Source: Phallusia mammillata (taxonomy: Eukaryota). Taken from it: DNA of 64,000 bases. The position numbers and the translations under genes are program-made. This document shows, in pieces, positions 1-11,275 of this stretch; position 1 is the stretch's first letter; every line of letters begins with the position of its first letter. A model generated the notes under the pieces. That model saw nothing but the letters and a program-made list of their open reading frames with translations, was not told the origin of the DNA and made no database searches. Location: assembly GCA_965637545.1 (NCBI GenBank), contig OZ281496.1, forward strand, positions 24,924,001-24,988,000, read 5' to 3'.

Positions 1-39
1 GGCAGTAATTAAAACTATGTATAGAACAACGTAATTACA

Positions 40-1290
40 TAATAAGAAACCACATTCTTACCCAAACTGGTGCTTTGACTCGTTATTACGAGGCAGACAA
101 ACAGCCAAAGATTTCCTCGCATCTTGGTCTTAACGATTGAATAATAGATAACTATATCAATTTTTGTCTAAACTTCAAGAAAAATCAGGTTGACGAAAAA
201 GCTTATTGATTTCAAAATTTATCTTAGTAATATAAGTCTCATATCACTCGCAAAAACAATGACATTTCGCTTGCTGCAAGCCGGCGCTCTGTGTTCAAAT
301 AACCTATTCATACCTTTCATTAACCTGAATCTCGCCCTTCACCACACAATCTCCGTGGATTTTTCTCGATTTGGTTTTCCTTTCACTTAGGCTGTCGTAA
401 CGAGCAGTTTTGCACTGAGACTGTTTTTACTTCCAGCTCATCATAAGTTTAATTCCCTCTAAGCAACATTAAACCTGTGGTCTGTTATGCCCCTTTTCCT
501 GGGTTTCATATATTGAAATGTGCAAATTCCTAAGCACAGCTGCGCGAACTGTCGGTATCTTCCTGTTATAGGCAAACGGGATGAGGATGTTTGTGTTTCG
601 TTGGTCGTTTATCGATGAAGCACCCAGGACTTGCGATGTGTTGCGAGCGGGCTGGGCCGTGCTTGTATTAGCTGGAAATAGTTAATGATCGATTACCTGT
701 CTAACAAGACCTGTAGTATCCCACCTTCGATTTTTTGTGGTCGCAGTTAAAGGTTATAAACGTCGTGCTAAAAAATGATCTTTAATTTAGTCTCTCTATA
801 ATGGTAGTACATCTCTCTCTGCCGACTAATTCTATTCCTTTTTCGTTCCAGGAACATTGATAACACGTTTCCCTTCATTGGCTTCAGTTTTTGTTGACTC
901 GGCTATCAGTTAAAAGTAAATGATGCACTATATATTGCCTATTTGTCCCGTCAGCAATATTAAAGTTGAAATATCAGTCATTACGTTTAACTAGAAGTCA
1001 AAAGTATGATCTGCAAATCAAATACTACTGAAACTTATTTGGTAATTAAAATTTGAAAATCTTGTGATTGCATTGAGAGGGTAAAAGTATGGTAAGCGAA
1101 TCAAACAGTACTGAAGATTATGTTGGTCATTGAAGTTTGAAAGCATTTTGATTGAATTGTGGTGAATTGACGGATTATCACATCTATTATTTCATGGCGT
1201 GACTTTTTGACTTCTATTGTTCGCAAAGGGTGCGTTGCAACATGATATCATCACATTTTTGTTTCTCTTTCACACAAAACAGATATTTCT
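40..1290. repeat. Segmental duplicate of the gene A exon 1 plus upstream region (paralogous to about 7350-8760)
   Basis: Collinear shared blocks: ctggtgctttgactcgttat (68 and 7379), gatgaggatgttt...gacttgcgatgtg (about 580 and 7812), ttcccttcattggcttc (about 868 and 8407), tattatttcatggcgtgac (about 1185 and 8623), gtgatatcatcacatttttgtttctcttt (about 1242 and 8682). Confidence 0.85.
62..122 (-). CDS. Exon 1 (signal peptide MRGNLWLFVCLVITSQSTSL) of a further aGPCR paralog that continues off the left edge
   Basis: ATG at 122, hydrophobic leader, GTAAGA donor after 62. It is near-identical in sequence and length (61 nt, phase 1) to exon 1 of gene A at 7374-7434. Confidence 0.8.
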
Positions 1291-2161
1291 GTAATATGTA
1301 CGCAATGCTAGTACAATATTATTTCTGTAGCATTCTGAACAATCTGTTTGTTTTATGTTTTGAACCCTCGCCCAATAGTAATTTAAAACAAGTCATTTGC
1401 AATTAACGTCCTGTTTACACAATATCTACTACACTATTTTACTATGCGTTTGAAACATCATATACGCTTTCATTAGATTTATTTACATTTCCGATAACAA
1501 TGCAGTCCACTTATAGTTCCAATTAATTGTTACTTGATAATAGTATTTGGTATGGATTCGCGATTTTGGTATGCACGATCGCTGTTTAAATAGTAAAACT
1601 AGAATGTAGATAACAAAATCTGAACTTAAACACACACACACGTTTACGCAGTTTAAACACTTTTCTCTAACGGTCTACGTTTTCCACAGTATGTACACGT
1701 TTTACATTTGGCTACATTTAAACCAACAATGGAAAACAACACTTTAGAAAAACATTAAACACAAAAATGTAACCCAAACTTGCACCAAAGTATGCTTTTG
1801 CAAGCAGGCCATACAATGTTTGAAATTTTTTTTACAACATTTTTGTGACAGAGACCGTGTTTGATTTACGATTCGATTGTCGTTCAGTTTTTGGATGCGC
1901 ATGAGTAAGATTGTTATTGGTCAAATATTAACATCGATTCCATATTGTCGTTAACATGTGGGTCGTAGACTCGTATTATACACGGTAAACAGGTAAGAAA
2001 AATCCATATTGGCAAGCTGTACGTCCATCTATATGTTTTGATAACATTGTTATTTACACAGCATTACATGTTTCACACAAACACGCAGTTACATTGACTT
2101 ACAGGAAATTATCTGTGTTCAGAGAGTTCAGCTTTCTACTCAACACTTTTTTTCTATAATA

Positions 2162-3866
2162 TCACAGACGAGTTGAAACTGATCCCGCAGAACTCCTTGG
2201 TCCTTTGTTGTGCTCATTTTTTCTGCACATAATGAAGGATACACACGCTCCCCACCACATAACACGGATCTTGTTTTGGCGCAGGCAGTTTAGGACGAAA
2301 ATTAGAAATCCCTGGTGTACACAGAAACGAAAGCTGTAAGCTGTAAAAAAGTGTTGCCGCGGTGTTAAAACTTACCTGTGTGGAATTGAAAATGGTGAAC
2401 AACCAGCTCATTATAGTTTGGTATGTTACGTTGTCAGCAAGTAACATAAAGAATCCAAAGACCCAAGTAAGACCCATCATGATGCAAACAGCCACTGCCA
2501 CTGCAAAATCATCTTTGGGATTGCGTTCTCGAGATGTTGAGGACACCTGTTCAATTTTTAACTTCAATTGCAAAGTTTGTGTGGACATCATCGAAATTTC
2601 AGTACAAAAAATATGGCAGGCAAATTGACAAGTTGCAAAGTGTTTCGAGTTCCTACTAGATATTTCTTACTTTACCGACCGTCATCGGAACATATATTGA
2701 TTGTTTCGTTTGACATAAGAGCCTTTGTTTTCGAATAAGAAAACAAGAACACTTTTATGAATACATTTTGTGAGATGATGGGACTGGAAGTCGTCATACA
2801 CAGTTGTTCGTTTCCCTACCTTAGTTCTTAGACAAGTTATCTTGCATATTACTATGACGAACGAGGCGATGTTGCATAGTGCAAGAATTCCAACTGGCAA
2901 AAGAAACCCGTAATTCATCGAGTGCTCGCTTAGCCAGCACATATGCCTTGCTTTATAGACTGATGTAAAGAAAATGTCATCTAAAAACAAATTTTAAAGT
3001 AATAAAATATTTTCTTCGATATTTTAACTCGCGTAAAAACTCATTTAGATTGACAACACGATTTATTGTTTTGTAGTCTACCTGGAAAGTAGTTGGTTCT
3101 ATCCACCACCGCTGAAATTGTGCTGTTAATGGCTACAATCACCATTGGTCCAACATAACAGATAATCGCTGGTATGATAGGTGATGTACCACCGATGTAA
3201 GCCATCTAAAACAGTTTTTACAAAAACAAACTTTCAGTAATGCATTTTTGACTGCTTTAAAAGTACTTAAAATATGCACTTGAAAGTATTTAAAAGTCAT
3301 TTAGAAATTTGCCGCTAGTGTGTATAATATTACCGTAGTCAGAGCTTTGTACATGTTGTAAGCGTTGGCGCTCATCCAAAACCAAGTGGTGAGCAAAAAG
3401 TAATGGAGAAGACCCGTGACAATGTAACATCCAATCGTATTTGAAGTCCAACCAACACCAAACAGGAAGATAATATCAGCTATCAGAAGGTTGAAACATA
3501 TGTTCAACAAGAACACTGTCGGTTGTCGCTGACGAAGTTCCCTGCAAAGTTAATGTTTCTGCCATTTTTCCGGAAAGTTTACTGGTGACGCATGTTTTTT
3601 TTGCAACGAAAGGAATGAAAAATAACGAGGGTTAAGGATTTGCTTAAACTATGCCAAGATTTTCCCTATTTACTCGAACAGCCACTTTTACATATTGTTC
3701 TTGACTAGATGAGGAAACTCAGTCTATATAGTTCATTTGCGGAAAACGTGACTTACTTGATGCCCATGTATATTCCAATGGTGGCCGTCAAGCCGAGGAC
3801 CGATAATGCACAACCGATGTAACTAACAACTCCCATTGCGAAAGCGCTCGGAAGGATCTTTGTGCT
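2162..3866 (-). CDS. Gene A 7TM region (adhesion/secretin-class)
   Basis: TM1 VVSYIGCALSVLGLT; TM2-3 LLNICFNLLIADIIFLFG...GCYIVTGLLHYFLLTTWFWM; ECL2 MCWL; TM6 IMMGLTWVFGF; TM7 WLFTIFNSTQGFLIFVLNC. These are typical aGPCR motifs. Confidence 0.93.
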
Positions 3867-6800
3867 CTTAAGATAAAATATATTCAGTTCATTTTTGTTG
3901 TGAGACGTCAATCTATGATAGAAAAAAATGACCTACCACTATCATAGAGAAACTTGCCAAAACTGCACATGCACATTTTGGTGGAGAACTTCCAGCAATC
4001 AATCTACAGCTGTTGGGAATCCATTTTCCGCTGGCGTGGTAAACGCTACACTGTGTCCTGGTTACAACATCCTGTGGATTTAACCAGAACACGCTTTTTA
4101 TTGTTTTTCTAGCATTGCAGATTTAAAATTATTGTATCCGAAATTTTGTCTAACAGTTTACAGTAAACGTGAATTTCGAAATGTAGCACGATATGTTGAC
4201 TTTGCCGTACCACACAATTGAAGTGGTTTACCTTTAACGATCCGTTTGTAAACGGAACATTTCCTTGCTTTTCACTTATGTTGGTGAAAGTTAATTCAAC
4301 TGGTGCTTTAATTGCCATTCCCTTGTGGTCTTTCACATTAACAGTGATTACCTAAAACACAACTCAAGTTTTGAATAAGGTATTTATTATTGTGAACCAA
4401 ATTACTGTTCAATGTAATGTTGGACCAGTTGTTTAGAAGCACTGTTAGTCTAATCGGTTTGATGCCACATAAACCATACTTGCATTGATCTATCTTACCA
4501 TGGGTGCTTTCTCAGCTGCAGGAAAGAGTGTTGAGCTTGAATGAAAAATAAAACTCGCTCGGACGCTTGTGTTTCCGCCTGTTGAGCCAACGGCGTCCAA
4601 TACCGACCCGGGAATAGTTGCTGTTACCACATTTGTTCCAGTTATTGCGCTGTTGTTTCCAGGGGCAAATGAAACTGGAGCATACTTGTTTTGCGCAGTT
4701 TTTTTGGTTTGGCTGACCTATCAAGTAATCAGTAATCTTATGTACAGTTCGTGACTCTTAGTCTAGGATACGTTAAGTTTTGAAATACCGCGTTGGCCAA
4801 ATTAAAACTTAAGTGTGTCTTAGAATAATGAGTATAGTAATCTTGTTGTACCTGTATTGTTGTTTGTATAGTCGATATGGTTAGTACAGTGGTGTTTGCA
4901 GGCAACGTTACTCGGTTAGTGAAAGACTCCACGCTTTTGATAAGAAAAGATTTTTGACTTGCGGCGGTTCTACGTAAAACGCACTCATTAAGTCAAATGC
5001 TTTACCACATGGATTTAAACTTCGTTTTTTACGTACTTGCTGTCTGTGGTATTTTGAAAGGTAACAGCAACCTGGTTTGTCGTTAACAGCACGTCGTACA
5101 TCGTGTTAACTGTGATCTAAAAAAGTTTGTCGAAATTGTTGGTTCCTGTAATGCTTTATTGCTGCACAGAGTGAGCTAGAAACGTTATACAATCAGTCCA
5201 AGATTTTGTCTAACCTGAACTTTTAGGGGATCCGTGTAACTCAGCGCATTAAGGACAGATATGGCGTTTGCAACATCTGCCTTATTCAGTTTGGGTGGGC
5301 TACTTGTCAGTAGCTTCAGCTTCGCAACAGTTGTGGTCACACTTGATGTTGTAGCTTGTGACACATTGACCTGCAATAAACACAAGTTGTAATTACTTTA
5401 CTGAGGCTAAAAATACTTGCGTGTGATTTTTGTTTTCATTGGATATGGAAATCGAGTGTGGCTCTGGTGGAAAATTTATTTACCGTTGTTGACAAGCTTC
5501 CTAGTGTTGTTCCGCAGCTGATTATAATCGGTTTGCCGAAGTACGCAGATTTCGCATCTGTTGCGTTTTGTAAACAGGGTGCTGATGCCTCAGGATTTCC
5601 TGTTGCGTTGCAAGTTGTTATGTAAGTTTCAAAACTGCGTTGCACTTAAACTGACCAAAGAAAGTATTTTTTAATGTACGTAGGGCACCAAACCATGCGT
5701 ATTTTAGCACTTGGTACTTCTTACAGTATTTTGTCACTAACCTGTTAAAGAACACGTCTGTTGTGAAACTGCAGTTTGTCCTACCTCGACTTGAGCGAAA
5801 TTAAAGGTTTTGTTGGACGCAGAAACAACTGTTGTCTTGCAAAACACTGTAATACATCAGCACGTTTTTTTATATATAAGCATATCAAAAAATACTTCAA
5901 CTTTCAAAAGGTTATTTCCTTAAACAACTTTTTTGTGCGTTATTGGTAACACTTGAAGTAATATGTGTGTTTACCCTTTATGACAGAATTCTGTGTTTCC
6001 AACGCAGAACTAGTCAGTGTGTTTGGCTTACGACTTGTCGTTGCCAGGGGTGTCATCGTCACAATGGGTGTCCTCGTCGCAAGAGGTGTTGTCGTCGTTG
6101 CCAGGGGTGTCGTCTTTGCTAGTATTGTGGTCGTCGCTAGCGGTGTCATCGTTGCCAAGGATGTCTTTGTCGCCAGGGATGTCGTCCTCGCTAAGGTTGT
6201 CGACGTTGCCATGGATGTCTTTGTCGCCAGGGGTATCGTCGTTGCCAGGAGAGTTGTCGTCGCTAGGGGTGTCGTCGTCGCCAGAAGAGTTGTCGTCGTT
6301 GCCAAGGGTGGGGTCGTTGTCAGAGGAGTGGGTGCTGCAGACGGATAATCTATTATTGTCAGCATGTTTTATGGTTTACCTGATACGAATTGATGCATTC
6401 ACTTGCGGATTTGTCTGCTTGTCACATAAAATCGTATAAGTTCCGTTTAACATTGCTGAAAACACCACATACGTGTTTTTTCGGGACAAATTTGTTAGTA
6501 AAACCAATAAAACAAACATTTTTGTTGAAAGCATTTGGTATGAGAAAAAAAAAGAGTGCAACCTATTTTGCTCCTCCAAAATATGCTCGCATCTTCTACT
6601 TACTTGATGTCTTTCGCTGGCATAGACTGTACTTTTTTTGTGTGCAAACTCTTGAGACCCACCACATATATGGTTTTACAGCAACGCAATCAGGACTTGC
6701 ACCGTTGACGTTTGTAATTTTTCCGTCTAAAAAAGTTTTTTCGCTTTCCAACAACGGCGTGCCATCAATCCAAGTGTAATTTTTTGTAAAACCAATTTTG

Positions 6801-7434
6801 TCCTCCAAGCCAATCCACGTCGCCGCTGCGTAAAACAAGTAGAACTGGCTAACATAAAATAAATTGCCAACTTTCTGGTTTAAAGTTATAATTTGCTGCA
6901 ACCACTTTTGCGCGATGTTGCGAAAATGTTTTGTGGCAAATGTATAGATTTATACATTTGCAAAATACACATTGTCTTACTGCATTTTTTGCAATTATAT
7001 GGGACAAAATTTTTAAAACACAGTATAAATATAACCATGATACTGCATTATATTGCACACTTATGTTACTTCCTTTATAAAGATAACAATACCTGTCACT
7101 ATGTTGGTCCCGTTAAGAAAAGCTGTTGTGCCAGCTGACTTTATTATGGCCAAAGTCCCGTTTAATGACATGCATCTCAAAGCCGCGTTAGTAAAGTTCA
7201 GTTTAGTCGAACCAACCGCATATTCGAATTTTCCGTTAGAAACCCAAGTCAATCCTGCAAAATTAAAACAAAAAGCTGACGATCTAAGCCTTGCCACTGT
7301 TTGAAACTAATTTTTTTAACTTGTAATAATGCTCACAGTAAAAAAATCACAACATAACAAATCTTACTCTCACCGATACTGGTGCTTTGACTCGTTATAA
7401 CGAGACAGACAAACAGCAGAAGATTCCATCGCAT
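2162..7434 (-). CDS. Gene A: spliced adhesion GPCR (signal peptide, C-type lectin, Thr-rich stalk, HRM-like, GAIN/GPS, 7TM)
   Basis: Exon 1 7374-7434 reads MRWNLLLFVCLVITSQSTSI. CTLD, mucin, HRM-like (FCKTTVSASNKTFNFAQVEVGQTAVSQQTC), GPS and 7TM exons follow in frame. The last exon reads GFLIFVLNCLRQNKIRVMWW...SVSTRL with TGA at 2162. Confidence 0.9.
3937..4071 (-). CDS. Gene A GPS exon
   Basis: 135-nt exon: DVVTRTQCSVYHASGKWIPNSCRLIAGSSPPKCACAVLASFSMIV. C..W..C..CxC pattern directly before TM1. Confidence 0.88.
5975..6345 (-). repeat. Gene A mucin-like exon built from an 18-bp (LATTTP-like) coding repeat
   Basis: ORF 5940-6365 shows repeated LATTTx/LATKTx hexapeptides. Confidence 0.85.
6604..7254 (-). 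CDS. Gene A C-type lectin domain (2 exons, about 7093-7254 and 6604-6825)
   Basis: LNFTNAALRCMSLNGTLAII...WIGLED...YTWIDG...CVAV...WVSRVCTQKKYSLCQR: WIGL motif and CTLD cysteine spacing. Confidence 0.9.
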
Positions 7435-8760
7435 CTTGCTTTTAACGTTAAAATAAGGAAGAGAATGGGATCAGTTTTTTGTTTGCGCAACTACAAAAAT
7501 GTCCTGCTGACGTAAAATTTATTCATTTTAATATTTATCTCAAAAAATAAGCCACATATCATTCGCAAGAACGTGGACGTTTCCTTTGTTGCAAACTGGT
7601 ACTTCATGTGCCCATAAACAATGTCATATTTGCCTTTAACCTAAATCTAACAGTTCACACTGGGAATAATATGTGCAAGTTTGTCCATACATTGCCTTTC
7701 CATTTGCTCAAGCTAACGGTCTAGCAGTTATGCACTGACATTTCTTTTTAATTACAGTTGACCTGTGATCCATATTGAAACTTATAAAAGCCGTTGTATA
7801 TATGTAAAGAGGATGAGGATGTTTTTGTTCCGTTGGTCGTCTTTTGTAGAAATGCCCAGTACTTGCGATGTGCTGCAAAAGGGGCTTGGTCGGGCGTGAA
7901 TTAACGGGAAATATCACGCGATGATTGAATATCCGTCACACACATCCTGCAGTTTATTTATTTTTTACTTTACTCTTAATTAACAACAATGCGTCTTCAG
8001 GGTGTTTATGATAAACAAAATGTGTTACGCGGAACCAGTAAAATATGTTTCCCAGCCTTCATTGGACACTGCAAAATTGTATCCGGATTTCTGGACGCGG
8101 ATAAAGGTTGCAGTCCAATGACAGATTGTTCTTTTAACACTTACTTTGCGAAATTGTTAGCTGTAAAATGTTTACAAAAGAATGGAATTTCCAGGAATTT
8201 GTTAAGCTAAGCAATCACAAACAAAAGAGAGTAGTTGTCAGAATTTTTCATGCCATATTTACAGGTGGTAAATGTTGTAAAATGCGCACAAAATGTTCTT
8301 TGCGTCAATATGGGATGCCTCGACGCTTTGTAAATCTGTGGCGCGTTTTGCCGACGGATCTAAAGCTTGTTTCCGTTTTTGTTCCAGGAACTTTGATTAC
8401 AGTATTTCCCTTCATTGGCTTCGTTTTTATTGACTTATCTATCAGCTGAATGATGCACAGTTTTACCAATCTTGTTTTTGTCAGCAACATCAAAAGTGAA
8501 ATATAATTCTTCAGGTTAAATGGGTAGCAATTACATAGTTTGAATGAAAACTATGTTGGTGATGCAACTTTTATGTGCATATTGATTGATCTGTGGTAAA
8601 CCGGGGATTGTCAAATGCTTTTATTATTTCATGGCGTGACAGCATTTTAACGGCTATTGTTTGTAAAGTATGTGCCACAACGTGATATCATCACATTTTT
8701 GTTTCTCTTTTAAACACCACATATATTTTTATATCGTGTACGCAATGCTGGTGCAATGTC
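7350..8760. repeat. Second copy of the duplicated exon 1 plus upstream block (see 40-1290)
   Basis: Same collinear blocks as at 40-1290. Confidence 0.85.
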
Positions 8761-9346
8761 ACGTTAAATACGTACTGCGAGTTTTCTTTTTCTGATAGCA
8801 TTCTGGTTACACAATATCTGCAGCAAACTCGTACACAATATCTATTTAAACTTGCTTTTGACACTTTTTCTCTCTCGAAACTGTAAGAGTTTAGTTCCTT
8901 TATCTGTTTTGCAGAAAGTTTAAATAACTTTAAGGCAACCTTAACAGCGTGGTTAATTTTTATTTTGTAAAGCCTAAAATGAATTTTAGCCTGTTGCCAC
9001 ACCGTAAGTATTAAACACTAACATAATAGACGTTACATCATTTTTTTACGTTTGATTTATTTACAATTCAAGTAACAATAAGCCGCTTATAGTTGTAAAC
9101 AATTTTAACTTTGATAATTGTTATGTCGTACAGATTAATGTTTTAAGTATTCACTATTACTCTATTTCAATTTTAAAACGTCAACATGTCTTCAACAAAA
9201 GCACATAGCAAAGACATCTGCATTCAAAGAACGCACACAAAAACTAAATACTATTTCCTAACGTTGTTTTGTTTCCCACAATATGTACACAATTTACAGG
9301 TTACATTTTAGGTGCTGTTTCCATAGCATTAAACCATAAAGTATCT

Positions 9347-11275
9347 TTACGGTTTTCCTTCTGTACTTGATCTTGAAACACGTTCAAGTTGTATGTCATC
9401 GGGTTCTGGCGGGAGGCAAAGCAGGCGCGCAGTAAGTGCCCTCCACCAAACCCGTCTCGTAGCTTTATGAATGATACAGTAAACCAGAAATATCATCAGG
9501 CCCTGCAAAATCATATTTTTAACGCTGCTGATAAAATGTTTGTCTTATGACAAGTCTTCATCAAATCTAAAGAATTCGATATTTTCTCTGGAATACAATA
9601 GCTTCCGCAAAAAAGAAGGACTCATTTTATATTAAACCCCTACTATGTTCGAATCCAAAGCTGTGTAAGATTAGGCGCATTGAAATGTACTTACCAGCGT
9701 CACATTTGAAACCACAAAAAGCCAGGCAAAAGCAAGCAGCTTTGGAACAGTGTCAGCCTCCAGCATCAAGAAACAGAAGACTCCGGCGACACATACGTGA
9801 ACGATCAATCCCATGGAAATTATGAAGTCCTTAACATCAACTTGTTGGTTTTTAGTTTCCAAGCGGTCAACTTCGAGATCGAAAGACTGCACCAAAACAT
9901 GTTTCAAAGCATCAAGTCCTAATCAATGTGCGTTAGATAATTAAGGTGAATTTTTGTAATGGAGATGCCACAGAAAGATGTGCTTAAAATTGTTCATTGC
10001 TGGGTGCACGATTGCCATTATCGATTCATGGTTAATTGTGGATTAAAGATTCGTTTAACACTTGGTGTATATCGATGCTGCCAATGAGTAAGCTGATAAG
10101 GCCGTACGCCTGTTAAGGCCTGCCACCTAATTGTTGATTAAAATCCTATTTGTCTGGACCAACCTTGTTTCTACAGCAGAGTCGATTTGCGACCAGAACG
10201 CACACCATAAGAACGTCAAAAAGAGCGAGAATCCCAACATGAAGTATAAAGCCGAGGGAAAAAGAACTGTTGCCCAGCCAACACATGTTGTATGCAATAT
10301 AGGAAGACTCGAAGAAAATGTCGTCTGTATGAAAGCAAGAAAAAATAATTACTCGAGAACAAAACACACTATTTGCAGATCTGCAGCTTGAAATGAATGC
10401 TATTATCTCTAAATACGTTTTTATTCTGTTTGTCCCAAAGCTAGTCACCCTGTTACTTCATTTTGCGTATCAACTCCTATCAGGCTTAGAAGATTATTGC
10501 ACCAGCAGGTTTTTAACCTGGTGGGAAACTACTTTACCTGGTCTAAACGCCGCCTTGTCTGACACCAACACGCCAATGCAGGCAGTTATAACTGCAATCA
10601 GAAGTGGGACCAAATACGGGACGATAAAGAACGCTGTGGCAGGAGGTGGTGTAAATCCCTGTAAAACAGCAAAAACATTGTTACAACCAATCTCCCATTC
10701 ATTGAATCAGAATAGCCAAGTTATGCATGTTTTAAGATCGTTTTTGGTAACAGTTTCTTGCATTTCCTTACCTTTAATAAACAGCGACACAGGTATAATG
10801 CGTATGAAGTTACCCAGAACCACGTTGCAAGGGCGAAGTACTGTAGCAGCCCTGCGATAGCGTAACAACCAGTTTGGTTACCTGTCTTTGTAACGCCGGC
10901 TACCAGAATAATGTTGGCCACAAACAAACATATGCAGATGTTGATGATAAATGCAGAAGTGTGGCGTAGTCGAAGTTTTCTGTGTGAAATTTACGATGTT
11001 AAATCTTATGTGTCTATAAGCTATGTTTTTTATGGTTTTATTTCCATTTGTTTTTGATGTGCTGCGGAAACGTCTGTTCTCAAGCAACTAAACACTAGTG
11101 TTTTACCTATGGTTTGAGTTTACATTTTACTTTAAAACAAACACAAAGCAAATCAAATTTTATACCTGACAAACAAAAATATGCAGGCAGTGATGAACGT
11201 TCCAATGACTACGAATACAGTTCCAAGGTAGAGTCCTGGGTTGAGAACATATTCTACAGGAAACGTTTTTTTGTC
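9347..11275 (-). CDS. Gene B 7TM region
   Basis: TM1 GLYLGTVFVVIGTFITACIFLF; TM2-3 FIINICICLFVANIILVAG...GCYAIAGLLQYFALATWFWV; ECL2 MCWL; TM6 LIVHVCVAGVFCFL; TM7 AWLFVVSNVTLGLMIFLVYC. The frame stays open across the splices. Confidence 0.9.
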
